From IMG/VR virus record IMGVR_UViG_3300046048_000257, positions 22,879 through 86,878 of that record: 64,000 nucleotides of DNA. One strand, given 5' to 3'. Under the pieces are notes generated by a model. That model searched no databases. It saw nothing but the letters and a program-made list of their open reading frames with translations, and had not been told where the DNA came from. Below are positions 9,333-19,410 of the stretch, piece by piece (within the stretch, counting starts at the first letter, position 1; each line of letters begins with the position of its first letter). The stretch is from a virus. The position numbers were made by a program, and so were the translations under genes.

Positions 9333-10319
9333 ATGAAAAAGCTACTTATTACCGGTGGCTGCGGTTTTGTAGGGCACCACGTAATAGAGCACTTTTTGAA
9401 AGCTACCAAGTGGCAAATTATTACTTTTGATAAACTAACTTATGCCGCCAGTGGACTGGACCGGGTGCGGGATATTCAGGCCTATGATAGCAAGCGGGTG
9501 GCGTTTTATTCACTGGACTTTAGTGTGCCCATATCCCATGGGGTACTGCGGGAGTGTAGGGATGTGGATTATATACTGCACTTAGGGGCTGAAACCCATG
9601 TGGATAATTCCATAGTGGACTGTATGCCTTTTGTTTACAGTAACGTACTGGGCACGGCTAATATGCTGGAGTTTGCAAGGCTCTGCCAGCGCCTCCGGGC
9701 TTTTATATATTTCAGCACTGATGAGGTGTATGGCCCGGCGCCTCCGGGGGTGGCGTATAAGGAGTGGGACCGGTATAACTGCACTAATCCGTATGCAGCT
9801 ACCAAGGCCGCTGGTGAGGAGCTGGTGCTGGCGTTTATGAATACCTACGGTGTGCCCGGTTTCATAACTCATACCATGAATATCATAGGTGAGCGCCAGC
9901 ACCCGGAAAAATACCTGCCTAAGTGTATCCGGGCCGTGCAGCAGGGCACTAAGTTAACCATACATGGCAGCCCGGAGGGTAAACCGGGCTCACGCTTTTA
10001 TATCCATGCCCGTAATGTGGCCCACGCCCTGCACTGGCTGCTGGATAAGTTTGAGCAGCGAGAAAAATATAACATAGTGGGTGAGCGGGAGGTGGATAAT
10101 TTAGAGCTGGCTAAGCTGGTGGCCTCCGTTATGGAGCAGCCGCTGGACTATGAGCTGGTGGACTTTCACAGTAGCAGACCGGGCCATGACCTGCGCTATG
10201 CGCTGGATGGTACCCGGATGGCGGATATGGGCTGGAGTGTGCCCATGGCTTTTGAGGATACTGTGGCCAGTACGGTGCGCTGGACTTTAGATAACCCGGA
10301 GTGGTTAGATACCAAGTGA
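9333..10319 (+). CDS. rmlB: NDP-sugar 4,6-dehydratase (dTDP-glucose 4,6-dehydratase-like)
   Basis: ITGGCGFVG, AETHVDNSI, STDEVYG, YAATK, RPGHDLRYALD. Confidence 0.88.
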   Translation: MKKLLITGGCGFVGHHVIEHFLKATKWQIITFDKLTYAASGLDRVRDIQAYDSKRVAFYSLDFSVPISHGVLRECRDVDYILHLGAETHVDNSIVDCMPFVYSNVLGTANMLEFARLCQRLRAFIYFSTDEVYGPAPPGVAYKEWDRYNCTNPYAATKAAGEELVLAFMNTYGVPGFITHTMNIIGERQHPEKYLPKCIRAVQQGTKLTIHGSPEGKPGSRFYIHARNVAHALHWLLDKFEQREKYNIVGEREVDNLELAKLVASVMEQPLDYELVDFHSSRPGHDLRYALDGTRMADMGWSVPMAFEDTVASTVRWTLDNPEWLDTK

Positions 10320-10329
10320 GGAGGTAATT

Positions 10330-10599
10330 ATGTTAAGTGAGCCTAAAACGGATAGGGAGTGGCAGGCCCGTATGGATGCTGAAACACTGGCGCAGGCTGA
10401 AAAAATAAAGGCGGATAAAGCCCGGCTGGAGGCTGCGCAGAAACAGGCTAAACTGATGGCGAATGATAAGCGTGAGGAGGCCACGGCCATGAGCAAGATA
10501 GCCGGGCAGGCCTCTGGTACCGATGATGCAAAAAAACCCGATAAAGAGCCGCTCAGGGGCTCTGGTAACCCTTTTAACATAGGGGTGAGGATAAAGTAA
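10330..10599 (+). CDS. Small helical hypothetical protein
   Basis: GGAGGT RBS; WQARMDAETLAQAEKIKADKARL. Confidence 0.65.
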   Translation: MLSEPKTDREWQARMDAETLAQAEKIKADKARLEAAQKQAKLMANDKREEATAMSKIAGQASGTDDAKKPDKEPLRGSGNPFNIGVRIK

Positions 10600-10600
10600 C

Positions 10601-13600
10601 ATGCCCAGCACTGATGATGTTATGCAGGCGGCCAATAAAATGGGCCAGACTCTGGCGCAGGAAACTGATAAGCACCTTATCAGGATGCGCCAGAGTATTA
10701 AGCGCCTCCAGCAGCGTATAACTAACCAGCTAAAGGACTTGACCACTGGTAAGGATGGTAAACTTATGGGCCCACGGGTAAACCTTAAGCAGGCCCAAAA
10801 AGTACACCAGCAGCTCATTAACGCTTTTGATGAGGAGTATGGTGAGGTACTGCGCAAGGGGCTGGATAAATCATTTAAGGCCATAGCGGACCAGATACAG
10901 AATACGTTTAGGGATTTAGATATAGCCATGGAGTTTACCGGTGTGGACCGGGATATGATAGCTGCCCTTAAAACGCAGGCGCTTAAGGAGTTTGAGGCCT
11001 ATGGCCAGCAGGCCATGGACCAGATGGCCACGGCTATGTATGATACCGTGGTGGCCCGTGGTACTTTTGCGGAGCTGGTGGCCACACTGGATGGCATACT
11101 GATAGGTGGCGTGGATGCCAGAGGCCAGAGCATGGCCCAGTACAGCGCTCTGTGGGCTAATGATGCCCTTATGAATTTTCAGCAGCGCATACACCTGAAA
11201 AAAGGCCGGGATGCCGGGCTGGACCATTACCTGTATTTTGGTAACGTAATAGAGCGCTCACGGCCTTTTTGCATAGACCGGGCGGGTAAGATATTCAGTG
11301 AGGAGCAGATTAAAAGCTGGGATGCTATGAGCTGGCAGGGTAAAAGTGGGCCCGCCCTTACTAACCGGGGTGGGTGGAATTGCAGGCACCACTGGCAGCC
11401 TGTGGACCCCAGCTGGCTGCCTGAGGAGGGGCTGGATATAGGTGACTATTTTGATGAAACGGGCACACAGCCCGGAGTGGCCCGTGGCTCCACCATGCCC
11501 GTGTGGCCGGGACCGGGGGCCAAGGGTGCTAAGCCGCTGCCACCTAAGCCGCCCCCACGTAAGCCCATAGTTTTTGGTGACCCGGCTACCCGCTGGGTGC
11601 CTCCAGATGGCTTTCACAGTGATGCTAACGCATGGAGTGAGGCCATGTATAAGGCCGGGCAGGATTACCATAAGTGGAGTGGGCTTAATCCCAGTGGGCC
11701 CATAGCGGATAACATAGTGGAGGCACTGGAGGCGCAGGGCCGTAATGGCCGGGTGATGCAGACCACGTTTAGAAACGTATTAGGCGGCGCAAAGGGTGAG
11801 CAGGATAAATTGTTTACCCATTTTGTGGCCGTGGAGCTGGATGATACTGGCAGGGTGATACGGGTATTTGATGTGGGTAATGAGTATCTGGTGAGGGCGG
11901 AGCTGCGGACCATAACGGACCTAATGCCGGGCGGGCAGCTGCCTGAATACTGGCCCACGCTGGCTGATGATATAGACCTTAAGCGGATGAGCCCCACTAT
12001 ATTCAAAAAAGGCCAGTGGGCCCGTGATACCAGCAGCCTGTACTCCATGGATGACCATATGTTTTTCTATGACAAAATGATGGACCCAGCTGTGCTCAGG
12101 GAGGCTGAGCGGATGGCCCGGATAGCCGCAGCGGAGGCCGCTAAACAGGCGGCGGAGGAGGCTGCTAAAAAAGCGGCTAAGGAGGTAGTGGAGGCACCGG
12201 GCACAAAAACGCCACAGGTGGGCATGCAACCGTGGAAAGCCGCTAAAACAAAAGCAGAGGCGCAGAGGCAGCTGATGGATATTATTGAGGAGTGTAAGCG
12301 GCGTGATACTTATGTAACGGTGAGGTGGGGTAATGACATAGGGGCACATTACGTGCGCTTTAGGCATGACCCTACCCACTGGAGCTGGAAGGATAGATAT
12401 AAACCCCATAGATGGAAAGCGGCGAAACTACACGCAGAAATTAAGGTATCAAGTAAAACCACGCTGGAGCAGCTTAACGCCATTAACCGTAAGCTGCATG
12501 AGTTTCAGGCCCGGCTGAGCCTCTATGAGCTGCCTCCGCTGCGGGGGGCTTTTACGTGGGCTGGTAAAGCGGACTGGGCTGCTAATATGGGTGATGGTGT
12601 TATGGGCCTGCACCATGATGCTTTTAGCAGCTGGTTTGATGATTTAGTTTTTGACCGGGTAAAATATGCTAACAATTTAAACAGAGCTGTGGAGCAGCAG
12701 CGGGCGCTGCTTAAAACGATAGCGGATTTAGAGGGCACAAAGTCCACAGCCTATAAAGCCATTAAGGAGCAGATGGACCTCCGGCTGGCAGAGCTAAAAA
12801 AGCTGGATGAGGATATATGGGAGGGCCCGCTGTATGGTAACCATAAGGGTACGGCTACCAAGTGGCGCCCCGGTGATGATACAGTGGACCGCCCGGAAAA
12901 TGTGCGGGACTATTTCAATAACTATGCGGATAGGGGCTATAAAACCATGGAGCATGAGCTGGGCCACCATATCCATCAGCAGATGTTTGTGGATGGCGCC
13001 ACAGACTTGTATGATGATCCGCCTTTTGAAAAGTGGCTGGATTATGTTTTTAATGGGCCCCAGCGCCAGAATATAACCCGGATGGCCCCCAGCCGGTACG
13101 CACTTAAAAACAGCCATGAGTGGTTTGCGGAAAATTACTGCTCATGGCAGATGGGTATGAAACACTTAGTAAATGAGGAGCTGGTGGGCGTGCTGGAGGG
13201 GCTGGATGATTTAGCAGCTGGCCGTATTTCATACCGGGACTTTAAGTATATGATGTTTGATGGCGGTGACTTTGCACGGCCTCTGCTGGTAAAGGCCCGG
13301 CGTGTGTATAAGGAGGCCGCAGAGATGGCAGATAAAGTGGATGAGCTGTATTACCAAGTGCTAAACGCTTTGAAAAAGCAGGAGGGCCGTGTAAGCGCTT
13401 TTGACTTGCATGATGTTTTATCTAAAGAGTGGGATACCATAGTGTGGACCTCCGATGTAGAAAAAGCGCTGGAAAAAGCCCTTAAAGCGGAGCTGGTGAG
13501 TAAAACACCTCAGGGCTGGATGTGGGGCACTAAGAAACTGGGCACGCTGCCAAGTAAGTATATGCTGCCTCCTAATTTATCAGTGCCTCCGGCGCCTAAT

Positions 13601-13846
13601 TTCCAAAAGGCCGTACTGGAAATGTGGGATACTATGGTGCACCGTTCACTGATGGCCGAAACTACCACCATGCAGCAGCTTATGGATACGCTGGGCGTGG
13701 ATGCTCATGTGGCCAAAATATTCATAAATGATATTAAAAAGCAGGGGCTGGCCACGCAGATAGGCGCTTTTGTGGAGGGCCATGAGGCGGCTATAACTAA
13801 CACCACAGAGTTTTTTATTAAGGACCCTAACCAGTTTGTGCGCTAA
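10601..13846 (+). CDS. MuF/SPP1-gp7-like head morphogenesis protein with long C-terminal extension including a zincin metalloprotease
   Basis: SRPFC...GGWNCRHHW MuF motif; later HELGHHIH and SRYA...EWFAE. Confidence 0.85.
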   Translation: MPSTDDVMQAANKMGQTLAQETDKHLIRMRQSIKRLQQRITNQLKDLTTGKDGKLMGPRVNLKQAQKVHQQLINAFDEEYGEVLRKGLDKSFKAIADQIQNTFRDLDIAMEFTGVDRDMIAALKTQALKEFEAYGQQAMDQMATAMYDTVVARGTFAELVATLDGILIGGVDARGQSMAQYSALWANDALMNFQQRIHLKKGRDAGLDHYLYFGNVIERSRPFCIDRAGKIFSEEQIKSWDAMSWQGKSGPALTNRGGWNCRHHWQPVDPSWLPEEGLDIGDYFDETGTQPGVARGSTMPVWPGPGAKGAKPLPPKPPPRKPIVFGDPATRWVPPDGFHSDANAWSEAMYKAGQDYHKWSGLNPSGPIADNIVEALEAQGRNGRVMQTTFRNVLGGAKGEQDKLFTHFVAVELDDTGRVIRVFDVGNEYLVRAELRTITDLMPGGQLPEYWPTLADDIDLKRMSPTIFKKGQWARDTSSLYSMDDHMFFYDKMMDPAVLREAERMARIAAAEAAKQAAEEAAKKAAKEVVEAPGTKTPQVGMQPWKAAKTKAEAQRQLMDIIEECKRRDTYVTVRWGNDIGAHYVRFRHDPTHWSWKDRYKPHRWKAAKLHAEIKVSSKTTLEQLNAINRKLHEFQARLSLYELPPLRGAFTWAGKADWAANMGDGVMGLHHDAFSSWFDDLVFDRVKYANNLNRAVEQQRALLKTIADLEGTKSTAYKAIKEQMDLRLAELKKLDEDIWEGPLYGNHKGTATKWRPGDDTVDRPENVRDYFNNYADRGYKTMEHELGHHIHQQMFVDGATDLYDDPPFEKWLDYVFNGPQRQNITRMAPSRYALKNSHEWFAENYCSWQMGMKHLVNEELVGVLEGLDDLAAGRISYRDFKYMMFDGGDFARPLLVKARRVYKEAAEMADKVDELYYQVLNALKKQEGRVSAFDLHDVLSKEWDTIVWTSDVEKALEKALKAELVSKTPQGWMWGTKKLGTLPSKYMLPPNLSVPPAPNFQKAVLEMWDTMVHRSLMAETTTMQQLMDTLGVDAHVAKIFINDIKKQGLATQIGAFVEGHEAAITNTTEFFIKDPNQFVR

Positions 13847-13856
13847 GGAGTAACTT

Positions 13857-14072
13857 ATGGAGCCCATATGTCATAACTGTGCTCATTTTTTTGTGCTTAC
13901 GGGTAGCGGGCTGCTGGACCCGGCTGTGGAAACGTGCACAGCCTTTTACCCGGCGCCTATACCGCAGGATATTATGCTGGGTGAGGTGGGGCACAGTGAG
14001 CCACACCCTAACCAGCATAACCGTGAAATATTATTTTTATCTATGAGCCCACTTAAAAAACCACGCTCATAA
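13857..14072 (+). CDS. Small Cys/His protein adjacent to MuF (candidate immunity)
   Basis: CxxCxH...CTAFY..IP.DI..G...H..P pattern. Confidence 0.65.
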   Translation: MEPICHNCAHFFVLTGSGLLDPAVETCTAFYPAPIPQDIMLGEVGHSEPHPNQHNREILFLSMSPLKKPRS

Positions 14073-14082
14073 TTTTTTTTGC

Positions 14083-14111
14083 TTGTGTGCACATAATTGT
14101 GGATGTATAAT
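14083..14111 (+). promoter_or_regulatory. Sigma70-like promoter upstream of scaffold/capsid genes
   Basis: TTGTGT-17 bp-TATAAT in an AT-rich intergenic region. Confidence 0.5.
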
Positions 14112-14226
14112 ATGCAACATACAATATATAGTATGTGCCCATGTGGGCCCAATTTATTAACCATGCAGGAGGGTAACCTACCTGCGGCACCCTGTGGGTG
14201 ACCACAAAAAAAGGGAGGCGTGAGCC

Positions 14227-15147
14227 ATGGAATTGACTTTAAAACTTGACCCCGAAACTCAGCAGGCAGTAATACAGGATGGTAAGCCGGTCTATATCCT
14301 TACTGATGGTGACAAAAGTGAGGACTTTGTGGCCGATGTGCCCAGCATGTACCTTAACACCTTAAAACTTAAGGGTGAAAGTAAGCAGCACCGTGACAAG
14401 CTAAAAAGTGCCACGGATGAGTTAACCACCTTTAAGACTATTTTTGATGGTGTGGAGGATGTGGCTGAGTACAGGAGCGCAGCGGATAAAGCGCTGGAAG
14501 TGGTTAAAAATCTGGATGACAAAAAGCTGATAGATGCAGGTAAAGTGGATGAGGTTAAAGCGGAGCTGAAAGCAGCCCATGATAAAAACTTAGCTGCGGC
14601 GCAAAAAAAGTTTGAAAAGCAGCTGGAGGATATGACTGGGCAGCTGGGCAGTAAGGATAATCTCATACGCAAGTTGACTATCGGCCAGCGCTTTGCAACA
14701 GACCAGCACTTTAGTGGAACAGAACCCAAAACTAATGTGCAGCCTGCCATGGCTGAGGCGTACTGGGGCCACCTATTTACCGTGGATGAGAAAAAAACCA
14801 CTGCTGATGGTAAGCCTTTAGTGATAGGGCACCACCCGGTAACCGGTGATGAGATTTTGAGCACACGCCCGGATACCGTGGGTGAAATAGCGGACTTTGG
14901 TGAGGCCATAAGTGTAGTAATTGAGCACAGCCCGCTTAGGGATGCTATTTTAAACAGCGGACCTCCGGGCTCAGGAGCCGGAGGCGGAGGAGGTGGAGGC
15001 GGCGGGGGCTCAGATGAGCTAAGCAAGTTAAAAGCTAAGTATGATGCGGCGGTAAAATCCGGTGATGGCCGGACCGCTGTGGCTCTAAAAAACAGGATTT
15101 TTGCTATGCAGCAAGGCACAGCAGGCCGTACTGCACAGCGCAGATAA
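14227..15147 (+). CDS. Capsid scaffolding protein
   Basis: Coiled coil; GSGAGGG motif near the C-terminus; directly upstream of the capsid gene. Confidence 0.75.
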   Translation: MELTLKLDPETQQAVIQDGKPVYILTDGDKSEDFVADVPSMYLNTLKLKGESKQHRDKLKSATDELTTFKTIFDGVEDVAEYRSAADKALEVVKNLDDKKLIDAGKVDEVKAELKAAHDKNLAAAQKKFEKQLEDMTGQLGSKDNLIRKLTIGQRFATDQHFSGTEPKTNVQPAMAEAYWGHLFTVDEKKTTADGKPLVIGHHPVTGDEILSTRPDTVGEIADFGEAISVVIEHSPLRDAILNSGPPGSGAGGGGGGGGGGSDELSKLKAKYDAAVKSGDGRTAVALKNRIFAMQQGTAGRTAQRR

Positions 15148-15210
15148 CCACGCAGGCCGGGTAAGGTGGGCCTGCGCTAAAAACTTTATTCGATTAAGGA
15201 GGATTTAGCT

Positions 15211-16170
15211 ATGGCTAATACCAATGCAGCGGCAACCGTATGGAACTGCCCTAACTACACCGGGGAGCTGTACCTTATCGGTGCCAATCAGACCCCGTTT
15301 TTAAACATGATAGGCGGGCTGCAAGGTGGCAATATCCGCACCGTGAGTGACTTTCAGTATCCACTGGCACAACCGTGGGCGCTGGAGGCCGCCAGCCAGC
15401 CAGCCATTACGGAAACCGCCTCACTAACGGCACCTAACCCGTGGACCTATGTGAGGAGCCAAGATGTTAACACCTGCCAGATATGGCAGCGGCAGGTATC
15501 CGTGAGCTATGCCAAGCAAAGTGTTACCGGCCAAGTAACCGCCGATGGCACCACCGGGCTGGTAATGCTGGACCAGCAGCCCGTGCAAAATGAGCTTGAC
15601 TTTCAGATTACCGCCCATATGCGCCAGATAGCTCTGGATGTGGATTACACCTTTTTGAATGGCGCATATCAGCAGGCCACCAGTGCTGCTGTGGCGGCTA
15701 AAACCCGTGGTATCATTACCGGAGCCACGACCAATACCGTGGCCGCAGGCACAGCGGCGCTGGATAAGGCTTTGATAGACCAGCTGCTGCGCACCATGGC
15801 GGCTAACGGTGCAGAGTTTATTAACCCCGTTATTTTTGTTAACGCTTTCCAAAAACAGCAAATATCCAATATCTACGGTTATGCCCCTGAGGACCGTAAC
15901 GTGGGTGGGTATAACATTAAGCAGATAGAAACGGATTTTGCGGTACTGGGTATTGTATGGGCGCCTAACGTGCCTGCGGCTACTTTACTGGTGGCTGACC
16001 TTGCATTTTGTGCCCCGGTTTTTCTGCCCGTGCCCAATAAGGGCGTGCTGTTTTATGAGGAGCTGAGCAAGACCGGCGCCAGCGAAAAAGGCCAGATTTA
16101 TGGCCAGTTAGGGCTGGACTATGGACCTGAGGAGTACCACGGGACCATTACCGGGCTGGCCACTTCTTAA
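15211..16170 (+). CDS. Major capsid protein (DUF5309/SU10-like)
   Basis: TPFLNMIG, NTCQIW, IETDFA, ELSKTGASEKGQIYGQLGL. Confidence 0.88.
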   Translation: MANTNAAATVWNCPNYTGELYLIGANQTPFLNMIGGLQGGNIRTVSDFQYPLAQPWALEAASQPAITETASLTAPNPWTYVRSQDVNTCQIWQRQVSVSYAKQSVTGQVTADGTTGLVMLDQQPVQNELDFQITAHMRQIALDVDYTFLNGAYQQATSAAVAAKTRGIITGATTNTVAAGTAALDKALIDQLLRTMAANGAEFINPVIFVNAFQKQQISNIYGYAPEDRNVGGYNIKQIETDFAVLGIVWAPNVPAATLLVADLAFCAPVFLPVPNKGVLFYEELSKTGASEKGQIYGQLGLDYGPEEYHGTITGLATS

Positions 16171-16280
16171 TCCGGGTGGGCGTTTTAAGGCTTAGCCTTA
16201 ATGGACACGCATAACGGGTGTTTTGGGCCCAGTGCTCAATAGACACACCCCCATAATTTAACTAAGGAGGATTAAGGACC

Positions 16281-16463
16281 ATGACACAGCAAATTAAAAA
16301 GGATGCCATACGGCGCCGGAGGCTGATTAATAACCCAGCCATAAACCCGGAGCTGCGCTGGTATCTAAAACAGCTTAACAGTAAGCTGGGGCAGGATACG
16401 TTTGGCACCACCACTACCACTACCAGCACTACCAGCACCACGACCAGTACCACCACCAGTTAA
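16281..16463 (+). CDS. 60-aa peptide with 18-residue Thr/Ser tag (candidate decoration protein)
   Basis: AAGGAGG RBS; NPAINPELRWYL; ends TTTTTTSTTSTTTSTTTS. Confidence 0.65.
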   Translation: MTQQIKKDAIRRRRLINNPAINPELRWYLKQLNSKLGQDTFGTTTTTTSTTSTTTSTTTS

Positions 16464-16507
16464 TGGCGGTATGGTGGGTGGATGCTGTATGTTAGGAGGT
16501 ATCCAAA

Positions 16508-16912
16508 ATGAGTGAGGTAACATATTTTACACGGTTAAGGGGGCTGGCCACAGTAGTGTGGGACCCTGAAAAAAAACGCATGCTGGCTCATTTCAATAAG
16601 CAGGGCCTGCTGGCCACAGAGGATAAAAGGGTGATAGAAACCCTTATGGCCATGGGGTACCGGCAGGTAACTGTGGATGAGCTGGCCAGAGCAGGGCTAC
16701 CTGTGCCCTCTGTTAGTGATGTGCCAGACGCCATGCCCGCAGGAGTGCCCGGCAGGGGTTACACCCAGCCGGGTGAAAGCGGTGTGATGGATGGCGCAGC
16801 CATGAGGGATGGAGGTGGGCCCCGTTTAGGCGGTGATGCTAACCAGCTATTTGAGCCAGACCCCTCAGCGCCACCTCCGGGTGATGCTGGGCGCCGTAAG
16901 TTGATTAAGTAA
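16508..16912 (+). CDS. Hypothetical head-region protein
   Basis: AGGAGGT RBS; position after the capsid gene. Confidence 0.65.
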   Translation: MSEVTYFTRLRGLATVVWDPEKKRMLAHFNKQGLLATEDKRVIETLMAMGYRQVTVDELARAGLPVPSVSDVPDAMPAGVPGRGYTQPGESGVMDGAAMRDGGGPRLGGDANQLFEPDPSAPPPGDAGRRKLIK

Positions 16913-16924
16913 GGAGGCCCCCTG

Positions 16925-17374
16925 ATGCCATACTGCACTGAGGATGACTTAGAGCAAGTGCGCCCTAATATCATGCAGCTGGGCGTGGATGGCTGGGATG
17001 ACCAGCTGGCAGAGGCTGATGACATTATTAACAGAGTGCTGGAGTCACGGTGGTACCGCACAGCTTGTAAGGAGTACGGGATAGACTACCGGGAAACACC
17101 TTTTGACCCCACGCTTATGCTTAACTCTGCCACGCAGTTAGCCCGGCTGGCCACTTACAAAACACTGGAGCTGGCCTATATGTATCTGCAAAAAGACAAA
17201 GCGGGCCCGGATGGTGACCCGTTTGAGAAACAGGCCGCTAATTTCCGTAAACTATACACCACGGAGCTGAGTGAGGTGCTGGCCTACGGTATAGACTATG
17301 ACTGGGATGCCAGCGGTGATTTAGATTTTACGGAGCAAAAGATGCCTGTAACACGCAGGCTGGCCCGGTGTTAG
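16925..17374 (+). CDS. Head-tail adaptor
   Basis: MPYCTEDDL N-terminus typical of gp6/gp15-like connectors; position. Confidence 0.7.
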   Translation: MPYCTEDDLEQVRPNIMQLGVDGWDDQLAEADDIINRVLESRWYRTACKEYGIDYRETPFDPTLMLNSATQLARLATYKTLELAYMYLQKDKAGPDGDPFEKQAANFRKLYTTELSEVLAYGIDYDWDASGDLDFTEQKMPVTRRLARC

Positions 17375-17377
17375 CTC

Positions 17378-17866
17378 ATGGCTGATAAGATAGTTGAAAT
17401 AAAAGGGGCCATGGAGCTGGAGCTTAAGCTGGATGATGTGGCCATGGCCATAGTGCGTAACAGCGCACTTATGGGCAGGCTGGGTAACTTTATCAATACC
17501 AGCGTAAAAGCCCGGACCTCAGAGGGCATAAGTGCGGAGGGTACACCTTTTCAGCCGTACAGCCCACGGTACGCAGTATGGCGTAAAGAAGTTTTCGGGG
17601 CGCCTGTATCGCATGTGGACCTTACACTTACCGGGGGCATGTTTATAGCCCTAACATACACGGCGCAAAATGACCGTGTTACCTCCTTTTTTATGGATGT
17701 GCCTGATAAACGTAACCCAAAAGTGAGGGCACCAGCTAAGGCTTTTTATAACCAGCAGCTGCGTAATTTTTTTAGTATCAGCGCAGATGAGGTTAAAAAA
17801 GTAGAGAAAATGATTACCGATTATGTTAACCAGCACCTAAGGAGTGACAAGCGTGGCACACAATAG
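17378..17866 (+). CDS. Virion morphogenesis/neck protein (Mu gpG-like)
   Basis: G.PFQPYSPRY, VDLTLTGGM, RNFFSIS. Confidence 0.7.
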   Translation: MADKIVEIKGAMELELKLDDVAMAIVRNSALMGRLGNFINTSVKARTSEGISAEGTPFQPYSPRYAVWRKEVFGAPVSHVDLTLTGGMFIALTYTAQNDRVTSFFMDVPDKRNPKVRAPAKAFYNQQLRNFFSISADEVKKVEKMITDYVNQHLRSDKRGTQ

Positions 17867-18311
17867 CAGGCGGGAGCAGCTGCTTACCAAAATAGTGCGT
17901 GAGCTGGAGGAGCTGAACAGCATTAAAACTGTGGACCGGGTGATGCCCGGTGGGCTCAGTGATTTAGAGCAGTATGCAGCCACTCAGCTACCACTGGCAG
18001 CCGTGGTGGGTAAGCTACCAGACCCCACTTATAAGATGAGCGCCCGAAACGTGCACACCATAGATATGGTGACCAGTGTACTGGGTGTTAATCTATTTGT
18101 GTATGCTGAGGATAACGTGACCCCGGATACAACCGTGAGCACACTGGCTGATGATATATGGGCCAAGCTGCTGGCGGATGAAACCCATGGCTTTAAATGG
18201 GTACTGAGCACACTAATCCACCCGGATGTTAACGTGGCTGTGTGGGCTCCGTATTGCGCTTTTAACATGCTGGTAAACGTAACATACCTACATGATAAAG
18301 GAGGTATTTAA
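17844..18311 (+). CDS. Tail terminator-like protein
   Basis: SRREQLL N-terminus; position before the tube gene. Confidence 0.6.
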   Translation: MTSVAHNSRREQLLTKIVRELEELNSIKTVDRVMPGGLSDLEQYAATQLPLAAVVGKLPDPTYKMSARNVHTIDMVTSVLGVNLFVYAEDNVTPDTTVSTLADDIWAKLLADETHGFKWVLSTLIHPDVNVAVWAPYCAFNMLVNVTYLHDKGGI

Positions 18312-18313
18312 AC

Positions 18314-18892
18314 ATGCCACAGCCGCATAGCACTCAAAATTATACGATACTTAAGGGCATATTTTATATAGCAGAGCACGATGCTGAGGGTGTGCCCGGT
18401 GCGTATTCTGATATGGGTAATGTGGTAACCGCTGAAATTGAGCCTCAGGTGGAGCGGCTGCCTCATTATTCTAACCGCAGTGGGTACCGGGTAAAGGATG
18501 CTAACCCGATTATATCCACTGAGTACATGCTGCGCATGACTTTGGATGAGCATGCAGCAGTTAACCTTAACCGCTATCTTATGGGCAGCCTTACGGGCGG
18601 CGGTGATACTATTAATGCTTTGATGAGCATGGATAAAGAGTATGCCATACGCTTTGTGGAGGATAACCCCCGTGGGCCCAATAAGATATGGGACTTGTGG
18701 AAACTAACCCTCAGCCCTGCGGGACCGCTCCAGCTGGTAGGTGATGGCACAGAGTGGGCCGTTATGGAAATGCAAGGGGAGGGTTTAGCTGATACAAAAA
18801 ACCACCCCACCAGTCCGTACATTACCGTGGACTATAAGGGTGGTGAAACCACTACCACTACCAGTACCACCAGCACCACCACCAGCACCTAA
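18314..18892 (+). CDS. Major tail tube protein with Thr/Ser tag
   Basis: DMGNV, NPRGPN, LSPAG..L...EW motifs; ends TTTTTSTTSTTTST. Confidence 0.8.
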   Translation: MPQPHSTQNYTILKGIFYIAEHDAEGVPGAYSDMGNVVTAEIEPQVERLPHYSNRSGYRVKDANPIISTEYMLRMTLDEHAAVNLNRYLMGSLTGGGDTINALMSMDKEYAIRFVEDNPRGPNKIWDLWKLTLSPAGPLQLVGDGTEWAVMEMQGEGLADTKNHPTSPYITVDYKGGETTTTTSTTSTTTST

Positions 18893-18975
18893 TGGGCACA
18901 GTAGTGCTTATGCGGTAGGTGGCGGTATGATGTTTGGCGGTATGGCAGGTGGCGTATGAGCGGAGGTACACAGCT

Positions 18976-19410
18976 ATGGCCAAGTCAAAAAGGCAGCTGG
19001 TGAGTGATGCGCCTAAAGAGGAGCAGCAAGCGCCAGCGCCTGCTATCCACAACACAGATACCGTGGAGATAGGCCCTAAAACCATTACGGTAAAGGAGCT
19101 ATCTGTACGTGATATTATTAATCTGGTAAACGATAAAAACCTGCTGGGCAGTGCCAGCTCAAAAGATGGTTTTGAGCTGGATGCCCTGCGGGAGGAGGCG
19201 GAAAAGTACCTGCCTAAATTTATCAGCGGTGCTAACATGGATGACCTGCTGGATATGAAACCCAGCGAGCTGCGCCGGATTTATGATAAATTTATGGAGA
19301 TAAATAAAACTTTTTTCGCCGTGGCCCGCACAGTGGGGCTGGACCAGATAGTGGCACAGCTGAAACTGGCACTGCAAAGGGACTTTTTGAGGCTGCTTGC
19401 AGACTTATAG
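18976..19410 (+). CDS. Tail assembly chaperone (G)
   Basis: Between tube and tape measure; ITVKEL...PSEL...F...N..FF. Confidence 0.8.
   Translation: MAKSKRQLVSDAPKEEQQAPAPAIHNTDTVEIGPKTITVKELSVRDIINLVNDKNLLGSASSKDGFELDALREEAEKYLPKFISGANMDDLLDMKPSELRRIYDKFMEINKTFFAVARTVGLDQIVAQLKLALQRDFLRLLADL

Noticed and set aside
14967-15010. Poly-Gly run in the scaffold protein
   Set aside because: Gly-rich GSG motifs are common near scaffold C-termini.
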